Below are positions 1 to 12,051 of a DNA stretch of 36,456 nucleotides, piece after piece. Below the pieces are notes generated by a model that was not told where the DNA came from, ran no database searches, and was given only the letters and a program-made list of their open reading frames with translations. The stretch comes from Octopus bimaculoides (taxonomy: Eukaryota). How positions within the stretch are numbered: position 1 is the first letter of the stretch; every line of letters starts with the position of its first letter. A program made the translations under genes and the position numbers. The stretch is taken from assembly GCF_001194135.2 (NCBI RefSeq), contig NC_068993.1:44067844-44104299 (forward strand). The letters are read 5' to 3'.

Positions 1-433
1 GTGTGTGTGTGTGTGTATGTGTGTGTGTGTGTGTGTGTCTGTCTCTGTGTGTGTGTGTGTGTGTGTGTGTATTTACTGTTATGCATTGTTATACAATTAA
101 TTGTTATAAGTATATATGAAGTTCTGTGAGAAATATAATGTTTTTGTTAGCAATCTGAATGACTGCGTTTATTATCATTTTAGTTATCAAATCGGTGACG
201 AGTTAGAATTTCAGTTTACGTGATAAAAGACAGAAATTCACGAATAGATATATCAGAATGTAACCTTTGCGTTGCACTATATATATATATACACGCGCAC
301 ACTTATTCACACCCATTCGCATGCATACTTACACACATACACACAGCGCGCATGCATGTGCACTCAAATATATTAAACTGAAAGATTACACAAGTCTTTC
401 GAGTAGAGTACATATTTATTCATTTTTACTGGT

Positions 434-570
434 AATATGTAGGCAATGGCATCGCAGTTTCGGTTTATTAGCCAACGTAAGAGTGTGGTTTACTTTGTTC
501 ACGTCTCTATATAAACAACATTCTTACAATGGGTAATAAACCGAAACTTCGATGTCATAGCCTGCTTATT
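434..570. repeat. Imperfect palindrome (foldback or MITE-like)
   Basis: Arms 434-492 and 512-570 are ungapped reverse complements, matching at 49 of 59 positions, with a 19-nt spacer. Confidence 0.85.
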
Positions 571-779
571 GGCTGCATGGCTTTTCAAAAGACAGAAGTC
601 GGACAGTTGCAGCTAATAGTGTTCTCTCTGAGTAGACATCAATTCGCAGTAGAGATTACTACAGTTTGTGGTGACTCTCTAAGACATGCCCTCAGCCACA
701 GTCAGCCACCTAGCTATGCTGATAATAGATAATACTGACCCCTCCCCCCAAATTTCGGGACTTATGCCTGGAGTAGAAA

Positions 780-1545
780 AAGATAATAGATAATACAAAC
801 GTATCACTAGTTGTCAAGGACCATGATGATATACTAAAACTGGAAAACGACCTGTATGCAATATACATATGTGCTGATGAAAATAACATGCTGTTCAATG
901 CTGAGAAGTTTCAAGTACTCTACCCTCGGCCCACGAACAAATTACAATCGGAATGTACAGGACCGGTGAGTAGTGCAATTCTAGAGTCAAAGTGGGCGGG
1001 TGAATAATGATGCAACATTCCATGTGCATATCAACAAGATGGCGCTGTGCAGGTGAGTGTATGGATGGATTCTGATATCATTTAGAAACAGGGAAAAAGA
1101 TACATTGCTACCCCTATAGAGAACTTTTGTGTTCAATTGTCTGGAACTTGAAGCAAACCAGTGCCACTACACAAAGAAGATTGACTCGGTGAATCAGATG
1201 AGCTACTGAGAGAGATAAAAGGAACTGAAGATCTAATCCCAAGAGAGAAAGAGTGAAAGATATGCAGTAATATACATATAGATCCTGGAAAGTCTAGCTA
1301 CCAGCTTTGGAACTGAAAGTTATACCAGCCATCGAACTGGACAGCCCTGTATAGTATCAAAGATCCCGTCTTCGCCATCTTGAATAAAGACCTTGTACTG
1401 GAACATCTTGGGTTTCAAGGCCCCACAACTGTTCAACATTCTTCCTGACAACCTCAGAGATCTACACGATGAACCCAAATCGTGACAGGAGGCACAAAGA
1501 AGAGCAGCTCTGTCCAACTCGTTGTTCCACCAAAGACAGTACAGG
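780..1545 (+). mobile_element. Degenerate CR1/L2-group LINE, RT C-terminal region
   Basis: Manual translation across stops and frameshifts gives DNTNVSLVVKDHDDILKLENDLYAIYICADENNMLFNAEKFQVL ... NDATFHVHINKM ... GWILISFRNREKDTLLPL ... MSY*ER*KELKI*SQERKSERYAVIYI ... LGFKAPQLFNILPDNLRDL. This is the typical post-YADD and C-terminal region of CR1/L2-type ORF2. Confidence 0.82.
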
Positions 1546-1977
1546 AAAGGAAAGAAATCCAACCACACTGAAATGTACTAATCCACCAGGGACCCAGTCT
1601 TTGGCTGAAACCAGTATAAGATAAAAGTAATATGATCTATATTACTCTAACCGATTCTTAAAAAAGATAGTTGAAAATATATTAAAAACTTTGACCTTTC
1701 TCAAAGATAGTGTTGTTATCGGTAGGTCTGTGATAAATCGATCCAGTATTATCTATAGATATTCTTTTATGCAACTCAAAATAGTACAACATCCTATACT
1801 CAAAGAATCTTGATTAATATAAGATAACATTCAAACAACCCAAATTGTGACCTGAATATGACACACCTGAGACATAACTCCTGACTGAACTCAAATGCTA
1901 ACAAACTTACCTTATCAAACCAATAAAACCGACTCCATCATCCCCTCCTTTCCACCCATACTCTACAAGCATACATA

Positions 1978-3010
1978 TTCGAGAGTAAGTAAAAAGTTAT
2001 ATGCGCTCTTGCTTCTGTAATTTATAAGAACAAGAGCAGGGGTTGAACAATTACATCATTTTACGACATAGTCTCATTGCATTTCCATGCACTTCATCCA
2101 GCGATCCACAAGCTTGCTTCTTCCATCGGAGAAGAAGGTTTTCTTCTGATTTCGCAGCCATTTATGTACCGCTTCCTGCGCTTCTTCATCTATAGCAAAT
2201 TGACGACCTCTATGTATGAACGGTTCAAAGAAGTGATAGTCGGAAGCGGCGAAATCTGTACTCTATGCAGAGTGTTCCAGTAACTCAAAATCCATTTTTT
2301 TTTCAATGGTTTCAACGGTGTGGGCGGCTGCATATCGGTGAGCGTTGTCGTGCAACAATAGAACACGGAGTTTGGTTCGAATTGATGGTTTCAATTTGTT
2401 GGTCAGCATTTCACCGTAGCCTGCACTGTTGACTGTTGACCCCAAAATAGTTAACATCACTTTTTTGTTGAAGGTTGCCTTGAATCTCTATTTTGCTGGC
2501 GTCTCCAGGTGTTTCCGCTCCATACTCCGCATTTTGGATTCTAGTTCAAAGTGATGGACCCAGGTTTCATCTCCTGTGACCGTTCTCTCTAAAAGTGCTT
2601 TACCTTCATTGCTGTAATGGTCGGGTTAGCATTGACAGAGCTTCACACGATTGAGCTCATGCGCTACGTTAGCTCACTTCGTACAGACTTTACGGAACGA
2701 AACTTTTCGGGGACCGATTTCGTATAACTAATTTGCAGAGAACATGCCAACTCATGGATAGCCGTTCGTCAGTTCACCAGAACCATCGCTCGAGCTTGTT
2801 GAATCTTCACGCCAGTGATGGAGACTGATGAGCGTCCTCTTCCTTCATTATGCTTCACATTTGTCTGGCCATTTCGCACACACTTCTACGCAATAGACCG
2901 CTATCCATGTATTGTACAAAAAGCCTGCAATGAATTTGAGTCCCTGACACACCGTCACATCAGAGAAATCAAATCACAGATCTAATCTTTCTTGGTGAGC
3001 ACTGCCAAAA
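1978..3010 (-). mobile_element. Degenerate mariner (Tc1/mariner) transposon
   Basis: The minus strand gives VTGDETWVHHFE ... KKVMLTI ... VLLLHDNAHRYAAAHT ... EHSA*STDFAASDYHFF ... FFSDGRSKLVDRWMKC, i.e. the mariner catalytic motifs with stops and deletions. A TIR-like end TA-TTCGAGAGTAAGTAAAAAGTT lies at about 1976-2000. Confidence 0.88.
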
Positions 3011-3253
3011 GAGTGTCTATGTAAAACAAGAAAAAAAAAACTGGAAAGATGAAGGTCAAGGCTAGGTTACGTAGCCACAAGTGTACCACCTTTTACCATG
3101 CCAGTACTGAAGACATTGTGGTCAGCCTAAAGAGGTGTTTTGGCGAAAGAGAGGATAATTTCTGACTTCCCTTCTACTTTCTGATGGCGGCTAGTAAGCC
3201 GAAACTTAGAAGTCTTTACCAACCTTTTTCTTGTAAACACACACATGCACACA

Positions 3254-3664
3254 CCAAGGTAAATTAGAATTATGGTTCGCACTTAAAGAAAATTACCAAT
3301 GAAAAACTAATTAGCAGCGGGTAGAAGTTGCTGTTCATTAATCCGAGAGGCATAAAGAAGGCGTCGTTTCTGTTCTTGTTTAAAGGCCATGAATCCGGTG
3401 CTCTACTCAACATTTAAACACAATAATCTAATTATCTAATTATAGTATTTGTCTAAATTTTCTATTTTATATATATATCTGACAGAAATGTTATCGCGCT
3501 GTGCAAAATGCTAATCTGTANNNNNNNNNNNNNNNNNNNNNNNNNNNNNNNNNNNNNNNNNNNNNNNNNNNNNNNNNNNNNNNNNNNNNNNNNNNNNNNN
3601 NNNNNNNNNNNNNNNNNNNNNNNNNNNNNNNNNNNNNNNNNNNNNNNNNNNNNNNNNNNNNNNN

Positions 3665-3755
<91 letters not shown>

Positions 3756-4068
3756 ATGTATGTATATACGTATATATACGTATATTCACATGCTTATATA
3801 TACATTTATATGTATGCGTATGTGTCTGTCCATGTGTGTGTGTATGTGCGTGTGTGTGTGTGCGTGCATGCGCGCGTGCGTGAGTAGCGGCGCCAAAGAA
3901 AGAAATATTTGTTATTTCAGAGACTTTGTTAAAAAAAACCAAGGTAAATTAGAAGTATGGTTCGCACTTAAAGAAAATTACCACAGAAAAACTGATTAGC
4001 AGCGGGTAGAAGTTGCTGTTCATTAATCCGAGAGGCATAAAGAAGGCGTCGTTTCTATTCTTGTCTAA
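3254..4068 (+). repeat. 130-bp direct repeat (3254-3383 and 3939-4068)
   Basis: CCAAGGTAAATTAGAA...TTCATTAATCCGAGAGGCATAAAGAAGGCGTCGTTTC...TAA occurs twice with about 6 differences. Confidence 0.9.
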
Positions 4069-4224
4069 CAGATCATATTGACGAGTATATCCGAAATGTC
4101 GATAAATTTACATTATTGTAACTTATTTCGTAAGTGATAAATCTGCATAGCTGATGACAACTATACACATAATTTTATATTTAAACAATGCTACGAGCAC
4201 GGCTTCTCAAAATATAAGCTACAT

Positions 4225-4575
4225 CGATTAGAAACTCTCTTTACAACCACGTGATTTGGGGTTTAGTCACACAGCGCAGCAGATTGGACAAGAGTCTTTT
4301 ACTATAGCCCCGTACCACCCAACGCCTTGTGAGTAAATTTAGTATCAGAAAACTGTGTGTGTGTGTGTGTGCGTACACGCGAGCTTGTGTGTTTGCGTGT
4401 ATGTGTGTTTGTTTATGTCCATGTAATTTAGTGATTTGGTATAAAAAACAAAATCGATAGAATAAGTACTAGATTAAAAATAAGTACCAGGGTTGATTTG
4501 TTTCATTAAACCTTTCAAGGAGGGGCCCCAGCATGGCCGTTACCCAATGACTGAAACAAGGAAGATAGAACATTG
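4225..4575 (+). mobile_element. SINE family C (head, internal (TG)n, tail), diverged
   Basis: CTATAGCC..., CCTTGTGAGT..ATTT.GTA, internal (TG)n, and tail GATAGAATAAGTACTAG...CAGCATGGCCG...AATGACTGAAACAAG shared with the other family C copies. Confidence 0.65.
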
Positions 4576-4939
4576 AAGATAAATGACAAAAGATAAACCG
4601 ATCGAAATACAAAGATAATGCTGTGTCGTGGCGTCAGGAGAAAAGATTACTTGATTTCACAGCGTTTTATATTAACACTAAGAAGTTTAAATGAGTTTAT
4701 TTAAACAAAATTACCGCAGAATTTATTTTGCGTGGAGTAGCGGCTGATCTTCATTAATCCGTGAGACTTTTAGCGAGGTATTCGTTTTATTTTAACGAAA
4801 ACACTATATCACAGGAACTAGTCTAACACCTCGGCCCGTCGATAAACACGATCTAACAGATCATGTTTCGAACCTTTGATTCGAAGGTACACCATGGATT
4901 CGAACCTTACTCATCGATATAGTTTCATACTACCTGCTA

Positions 4940-6180
4940 TCAGGTCTTCCCATAAGTTCTGTCCGATTTTACCTTTTTTAAAACTGAATGAAATTTAATA
5001 GTATTTTAGAATGTCTAATAGAATTAAAAGTTATATTTATGCATTTGTGTACATTTAAACTAATTAAATATTATTTTACAGAAGAATAGAATTAAAATTT
5101 CTTTGATTAAAACACTTTCTAACATGGTAGCATCCAAAAAGCATTAGAGGCACATAATGCTTTATGAGTACAAAAAAGGAAACTCTGCAGCCAAAGCGAC
5201 TCAAAACATACACTCAGTCTATAGGAAAGAATGTTTGAATGAAACAACTTGCAGAAGATGGTTTGCAAAATTCAGAAGTGGAGATTTCAGCCTTGAAGAT
5301 AAAGATCGAACAGGACGTCCAGTTGAGTTTCATGATAAGCTCCTTGAGGCATTACTTGAAAAAGATCCTGCATTATCAGTTGAAGAATTGGCAATAAAGC
5401 TTAGTTCAAACCATACAACTGTTCATCGTCATTTTCAACAACTTGGAAAGGTGCCTAAACTTGGAAAATGAGTGCCTCGTGAATTGTCCGAAAGCAACCG
5501 CAAATCTCAAGTTGACATCTGATCTCTCCATTCTCGCGAACTCATTTCACCCTTTTTGGATGGACTTGTGACTGGTGAAGAAAAATGGATCTTCTATCGA
5601 AATGTTAAACGTCGTAAACAGTGGCTTGGTAAAAGGGAAAAAAGTTCAACCACAACCGAGAAGGGAACTTCATCGGAAAAAGGTTCTTCTCTCTATCTGG
5701 TGGGATTGCAAAGGAGTAATTCGCTTTGAATAGTTACCACCTAATGCAACAATCAATGCTCAAGTCTAATGTCAGCAATTAGAGCGTTTGAACTAAGCTT
5801 TGAAGAAAAAATGACCCGCTTTAGTGAATTGAAAAGGATTAATGTTTCATCAGGACAATGCGCGACCTCATACTGCAAATATCACATCACAGAAGATCGA
5901 AGAGCTTGGTTGGGAAAAATTCCTCATCCACTTTATTCTCCCGACCTTGCTCCTTCAGACTACCATTTGTTTCGTAACTTACAGAATCATTTGGGGGGAC
6001 ATAACTTTCGCAAGCCAGGAGAATGTCGAAACTGATATTTCAGAGTTCTTCGCTTTGAAACCAAAATAATTTTACATTGATGGGATTAAAAAGCTTGTAA
6101 ATAGATGGAAGGAAGTCATAGATAATCAGGGAAAGTACATTGATGATTAAATTTCAACTAAATACAACATTTGATCACTT
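4940..6180 (+). mobile_element. Near full-length mariner with pseudogenised transposase (ATG 5124, stop 6150); right TIR missing
   Basis: TA at 4938-4939 is followed by a TIR-like TCAGGTCTTCCCATAAGTTCTGTCCGATTTT. The protein reads MVASKKH*RHIMLYEYKKGNSAAKATQNI...RRWFAKFRSGDFSLED..RTGRP...GK*VPREL...LVTGEEKWIFY...KKVLLSIWWD...FHQDNARPH..(frameshift)..YSPDLAPSDYHLFR...GIKKLVNRW. Spacing is D34D once a 1-nt deletion is restored. There are several stops and frameshifts. Confidence 0.95.
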
Positions 6181-6184
6181 GTAT

Positions 6185-6205
6185 ATGCATGCATACACAC
6201 ACATA

Positions 6206-6250
<45 letters not shown>

Positions 6251-6560
6251 ATATATATATATATATAGAAAGAGAGAGAGNNNNNNNNNNTCTCTCTCTC
6301 TCTCTCTCTCTTTCTATATATATATATATATAGAAAGAGAGAGAGAAAGAGAGAGAGTGAGAGAGAGAGAGAGAGAGAGATATGTGTGTGTATGCATGCC
6401 TATACATACATATACATATATATACATGCATATATATCTAGATATATATGGATATATGTGTGTGTATGTGTATGCATATGTGTGTGTGTATATATATGTG
6501 TATATATATATATATATAGGGAGAGAGGGAGAGAGAGGGAGAGAGAGAAAGAGGGAAAGA
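6185..6560. repeat. Compound (CT)n/(TA)n/(GA)n/(TG)n microsatellite
   Basis: Directly visible. Other dinucleotide blocks include 1-70, 3664-3885, 7880-8070, 13779-13960, 22350-22490, 27258-27370, 31935-32050 and 36395-36456. Confidence 0.95.
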
Positions 6561-6879
6561 GAGAGAAAGAGGGAGAAAGAAATAGACAGCATGAGCGAGA
6601 CATGTGCATGTAAGGAAACACACAGAAACACCACCAACTTATTCGTGCACATATGTGTGCGCATGTACTTGTATGTGCCTATATGAAGATGTATATGTAT
6701 AAGTCTGTATATACTTGTAGGTATGTCTACCTTGCTATGTTTGAATATATTTGTACGTTTATGTCTATACGTATAGCCCCGTGACTATAGTTGTCCTACA
6801 ACCATCATACCAACTAACATGTTTTCTAGATTGACAACACCTTCCTACACACTAGATTTTTGTATCAGAACCATTAACC

Positions 6880-7110
6880 CCTCGTCCTGTTTGGCACATT
6901 AACTACGTACTTCACACCACTCCGCTTCCCTCAACACATTCAATTCTTACCCGTAAATCAACTATCAATTCAATAAACTCAAGAACGTGTGTATTTTCCA
7001 ATCAACACTCCACCACACGTACTTTCCTCATGCAGATAATTTTCTGCTTCAAATCAACGTTGTTTTCGTCCATACCGTTTTTATACCGGTCAATCTTAAG
7101 CAAGCACCCA
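6880..7110 (-). mobile_element. Possible third, very old Tx1-like ORF2 C-terminus
   Basis: Minus-strand fragments GKYVWWS and FIELIVDLRVRIEC loosely parallel (A)KECVWWT and HLKRKVRVER in the two better copies. Confidence 0.2.
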
Positions 7111-7941
7111 AATGAGCTTAAAGCAAACCTTTACAAATAAACTTTTCTCTTTTTACTAACAGATCTAAACTCACAAGCAAGTATCTTGTTTTAATTTATC
7201 ACATGATATTATCCAATTTGACGCACTTAATGGTTAATAATTTAATTTATTTTGGTTTATTTTGTCACAGACAATCTAATTTGTTTTGTTTTACTTTGCT
7301 ATATTCTATATCCAAATTCATATATCATTGAGCAACACACATCTACATACACCAAAACCAAAATATACGTAAATATTACTTACAAATGAACTAGCCCAGA
7401 AAATCTACCCATATAACGCACACATACCTTGTATAAGTATCTCCTCCATTTTTTATAATTTCACAATCTCAACATTCCAAAGATGAAACGAATTCAGAAT
7501 AGTCACAGGGAAAGAGTTACAGTACACACACGCGCACACACATACACAAGGGATCACTCACAATTTTCATGAAAATTATTTTTATCCTAACTCTGACCAT
7601 AAGCAACTTCAAAAATATTCTTTGCTTAAGCACTTTAAATATTACTGATGGTAATTAAATGAAAAGAACATTTTTCCTGTGACTTTCTATGACTTTATTT
7701 CTGTCCGCTGGTGAAACTACAAATTACTGTATGGCTTTGAAACTTCTAATATAATAAAGTTTATTATACAAATGATCTGAGTTTTCTTTTTCTTATAGGT
7801 AGTAAGGCAGAGAATATTTTATATTTACATACAAAAACTCATACATATAAGTACATTTTGTACGCGTGGCTGTGTTTGTGTGTAACACACATTCACACAC
7901 ACATACATATATATATACATACATACAAATACACGGTGTAT

Positions 7942-8025
<84 letters not shown>

Positions 8026-9309
8026 GAGAGAGACAGATTGATAAGTATACATATACATACATATATACACAGGCATGGTTGTGTGGTAGGAAGNNNNNNN
8101 NNNNNNNNNNNNNNNNNNNNNNNNNNNNNNNNNNNNNNNNNNNNNNNNNNNNNNNNNNNNNNNNNNNNNNNNNNNNNNNNNNNNNNNNNNNNNNNNNNNN
8201 NNNNNNNNNNNNNNNNNNNNNNNNNNNNNNNNNNNNNNNNNNNNNNNNNNNNNNNNNNNNNNNNNNNNNNNNNNNNNNNNNNNNNNNNNNNNNNNNNNNN
8301 NNNNNNNNNNNNNNNNNNNNNNNNNNNNNNNNNNNNNNNNNNNNNNNNNNNNNNNNNNNNNNNNNNNNNNNNNNNNNNNNNNNNNNNNNNNNNNNNNNNN
8401 NNNNNNNNNNNNNNNNNNNNNNNNNNNNNNNNNNNNNNNNNNNNNNNNNNNNNNNNNNNNNNNNNNNNNNNNNNNNNNNNNNNNNNNNNNNNNNNNNNNN
8501 NNNNNNNNNNNNNNNNNNNNNNNNNNNNNNNNNNNNNNNNNNNNNNNNNNNNNNNNNNNNNNNNNNNNNNNNNNNNNNNNNNNNNNNNNNNNNNNNNNNN
8601 NNNNNNNNNNNNNNNNNNNNNNNNNNNNNNNNNNNNNNNNNNNNNNNNNNNNNNNNNNNNNNNNNNNNNNNNNNNNNNNNNNNNNNNNNNNNNNNNNNNN
8701 NNNNNNNNNNNNNNNNNNNNNNNNNNNNNNNNNNNNNNNNNNNNNNNNNNNNNNNNNNNNNATATGAAAGTTCTAGACAGGGAAATTCACAATTTATAAG
8801 GAATAAAATAGAATAAAGAGTAAAAGTAGATATAAGAATACAGGCTGGATAATAAAAGTTCATCTTTTATTATAATTATTATAATTCATCTTTTTCCAGA
8901 GATTATGGAGGTTGGTCCGTACTTCCGTGAAGGTACAGGTCCTTATGCTTAATCCCAGATAAATCCAGGCAGAATTTTGGCAGTATTTTGAATGATGCAT
9001 TAATGTTGAAGTGGTTAGCTAGTGTACAAATGGGCCGCGTGGGTATACAGAGTGAGAAAGACAGGAATCAGGACGTAAAAAAGAGAGTAAAGAAAGGAAT
9101 GGGATAGGTGCGGGAAAGAATGAATGAGATCGAAAGTAAAATCAAAATAAAAATAAAAATAAAAAAAAAGAATAAAAAGAATAGATAAGGTGCCAGTATT
9201 ATTCTTCGTAAGTGTCGGTTCGGGGTGAGAGGACAGGCTTTAAAGGTTTTGGTAAAGTGGAGGAGGTAGGTATTTATGTCTATTGATTAAATAGTTTGTG
9301 ATCACTGGC

Positions 9310-9365
9310 CAGTAATAGCAGTAGGAGTAGTAGCTACAGTAATAGTAGTAGCAGCAGCAGTAAAC

Positions 9366-9420
<55 letters not shown>

Positions 9421-9608
9421 CAGCAGCAGTGGTTGTAGTAGTAGTAGTAGTAGCAGCAGCAGCAGCAGCAGTAGCAGTAGGAGTAGTAGCTACAGTAATA
9501 GTAGTAGCAGCAGCAGTAGTTGTAGTAGTAGTAGTAGCAGCAGCAGCAGCAGCAGCAGTAGCAGTAGGAGTAGTAGCTACAGTAATAGTAGTAGCAGCAG
9601 CAGTAAAC

Positions 9609-9660
<52 letters not shown>

Positions 9661-9694
9661 CAGCAGCAGCAGTGGTTGTAGTAGTAGTAGTAGT

Positions 9695-9738
<44 letters not shown>

Positions 9739-9757
9739 TAGTAGTAGTAGCAGTAGT
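9310..9757. repeat. Compound (GTA)n/(GCA)n trinucleotide array with higher-order duplication
   Basis: The cassette GCAGTAGGAGTAGTAGCTACAGTAATAGTAGTAGCAGCAGCAG occurs 3 times and TAAACGTAG occurs twice. Confidence 0.95.
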
Positions 9758-9873
9758 TTAACCCTGATTGAAAAATCTACGACAAAGTATAAAGGGCCCA
9801 CAATATCTCTGATCTTTCGCAAGACGACGGCAGGGTGAGATTTGCCAAAGGTTTCGCTAACATATGCTTACCT

Positions 9874-10047
9874 TGGCTGTGTAGTTAAGAAGCGCACTTT
9901 GCAATAGAGTGGTTTCGGGTGAAGTCCCATTGATCTACGCCTAAGCCAAGTGTCTTCTACTATAGTCTTCGTGCCGACCACTGCGTTGTGAGTGAATTTG
10001 GTAGACAGAAACTCTGTGTGTGCGCATGCGTGCGTGCGTGTGTGTAT

Positions 10048-10089
<42 letters not shown>

Positions 10090-10330
10090 CGCATGTGTGC
10101 ATGTCTGTGTGTGTATGCATGTTTGTGTTTGTATGCCTGTATCTGTGTCCTTGTCTACCGCACACCGTTTGACAATCGGTGTTGGTTTGTATACGTCTAC
10201 GCAATTTAGCTGTTCGCCATAAGAGGCCAATGATATAAGTTAACAGACCTAAAAATAAGTACTGGCTTTGATTTGTTCGACTAAACCTTTGAAGGCGGTG
10301 CTCCCGCATGACCGCAGTCGAAAAAAACTA
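9874..10330 (+). mobile_element. SINE family C
   Basis: GGCTGTGTAGTTAAGAAGC head, CAAGTGTCTTCTACTATAG, internal (TG)n, and tail TTGACAATCGGTGTTGG...CATGACCGCAGTC. Confidence 0.7.
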
Positions 10331-10909
10331 ATGCAAATTAAATAAAAGATTCTTAACAGAGTGAATGATAACTTAGAAGCATCCTCATTGACTTGTATTA
10401 TTTGTCTCATATTGCATTGTATGCGGTAGTTTGTTTTATCTTGTAGTGGTTTTTGTTCTTCAATTATTGTTCCATTTGTAATTTGATTCATATATCTTTA
10501 GAATGCTCGTGACGTCATTTACTTTGATCGCAGCACACAAATGACAAAATGAAATCTTTTAAGAGAAATGTGTCAATAGTTTCTTCGTAAATTTCAACAG
10601 GTGGCAATGTCGTCTGTAACAATTCTTTTACATAAACAGTTCAAGAGAAAGTGATAAATGAAGATTATGAGATTATTTACTACAGAAAATAACTGGCTTG
10701 AGACGCCTACTGAGTAAAAACGGCGGAAACCATCTCAGGATTATAGAATGTTTTCGAAAAGGTGGATTATTTTATTTTTTTTTTCTGTTGTAATATATTG
10801 TGTTTAGTATATTGTGTTCACACAGTACAACGCCAGGTTGAAGGTCTACTGGTAGTACTTTAATTATGTACCTTGACTGGTACTAAAAAATTGGAGGCCA
10901 AAAAATCGT

Positions 10910-11124
<215 letters not shown>

Positions 11125-11125
<1 letters not shown>

Positions 11126-11340
11126 GGCGGTGTATTGGCAAAATCGTTAGCACGCCGGGCAAAATGCTTAGTGGCATTTTATCTGTCTTTACATTCTGAG
11201 TTCAAATTCCGCTGAGGTCGACTTTGTCTTTCATCCTTTCGAGGTCGATGAAATAACTATCAGTCGAGCACTGAGGTCGATGTAATCGACTTAGCACTTA
11301 CTCCAAAATTGCTGACCTTGTGCCAAAATTTGAAACCATT
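11125..11340 (+). mobile_element. tRNA-derived SINE family A
   Basis: Head GGCGG...TGGCAAAATCGTTAGCACGCCGGGC, B-box-like GAGTTCAAATTCC, body GGTCGACTTTG..TTTCATCCTTTCG, and an (ATT)n tail. Many homologous copies occur in the window. Confidence 0.8.
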
Positions 11341-11380
11341 ATTATTATTGCTGTTTAAATTTACATTGCTCCCAATCTTT

Positions 11381-11746
11381 GACTGGCACTTATTTTAGCG
11401 ATCCTCAAAGGATGAAAAGCAAAATCAACCAGGACGTAACTTGAACTCAGAACATAAAGGGCCGAAAGAAATGCCGCTAAGGGTTTTGTCTGACGCGCTA
11501 ACGACCCTGCCAGCTCGCCTACTTTCGCTCAACATATAATGCTCAATATAAGATCCTTTCAACTGTAAGCCCAAAACCTGAAATGTGACTAGTCAATTAC
11601 ATTGACCTAAGCGCGTAACTGATATTTATTTCATCGACTCCGAAAGGATGAACGGCAAAGCCGGCATCAACAGAATTTGAACTCAGAACATAAAGACGGA
11701 CGAAGTACCGTTAAGCATTTTGTCCGATCCTGCCAACTTGCCATCC
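11381..11746 (-). mobile_element. Two SINE family A copies (about 11381-11520 and 11555-11746)
   Basis: Reverse-complement matches to the family A body (AAAGGATGAA, TTGAACTCAGAAC, GCTAAG, GCCAGCTCGCC). Confidence 0.75.
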
Positions 11747-11799
11747 TTCACTCTCGATACAAAATCATAAATATACGCAAATATTGTATTTAGACAATT

Positions 11800-11980
11800 G
11801 TATAACTGTGTTTTCAATTATTCTTTAAACTACAACTTTGGCATACTTCCATCCACATGACGTTATACAAAACTGATGTGATTTTCTAATGCGTTTAAAT
11901 TTCACAGAAGGCCGACAATCAATGAGTTGGTAAAAAGCTTGTTTTAAATCCAACTCGTTAAAACACTCACGATGTTTTTC
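11800..11980 (-). mobile_element. Possible Gypsy RT remnant
   Basis: FNELDLKQAFYQL...HQFC resembles FSxLDLKSAYHQI...YQF. Short and weak. Confidence 0.25.
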
Positions 11981-12051
11981 TCTTTTTTTTACTGAAGTAG
12001 AAATTAAAGGTAGAAGTTGGTTAGAAATTTCTGAATATTCTACAACATACG

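Noticed and set aside
4846-4910. Small hairpins (AAACACGATCT/AGATCATGTTT; repeated TTCGAA)
   Set aside because: Too short to exceed chance in AT-rich DNA.
8880-9090. Short minus-strand open frame (CIPTRPICTLANHFNINASFKILPKF...)
   Set aside because: It might be a LINE 3' remnant or an exon, but I recognise no diagnostic motif or convincing splice pair.
9310-9822. Mucin-like Thr/Ala-rich frame, and poly-Val or poly-Leu ORFs, in the GTA/GCA array
   Set aside because: Triplet repeats stay open by default. The Thr frame is closed by TAA right after the only acceptor-like site, and there is no non-repetitive coding context.
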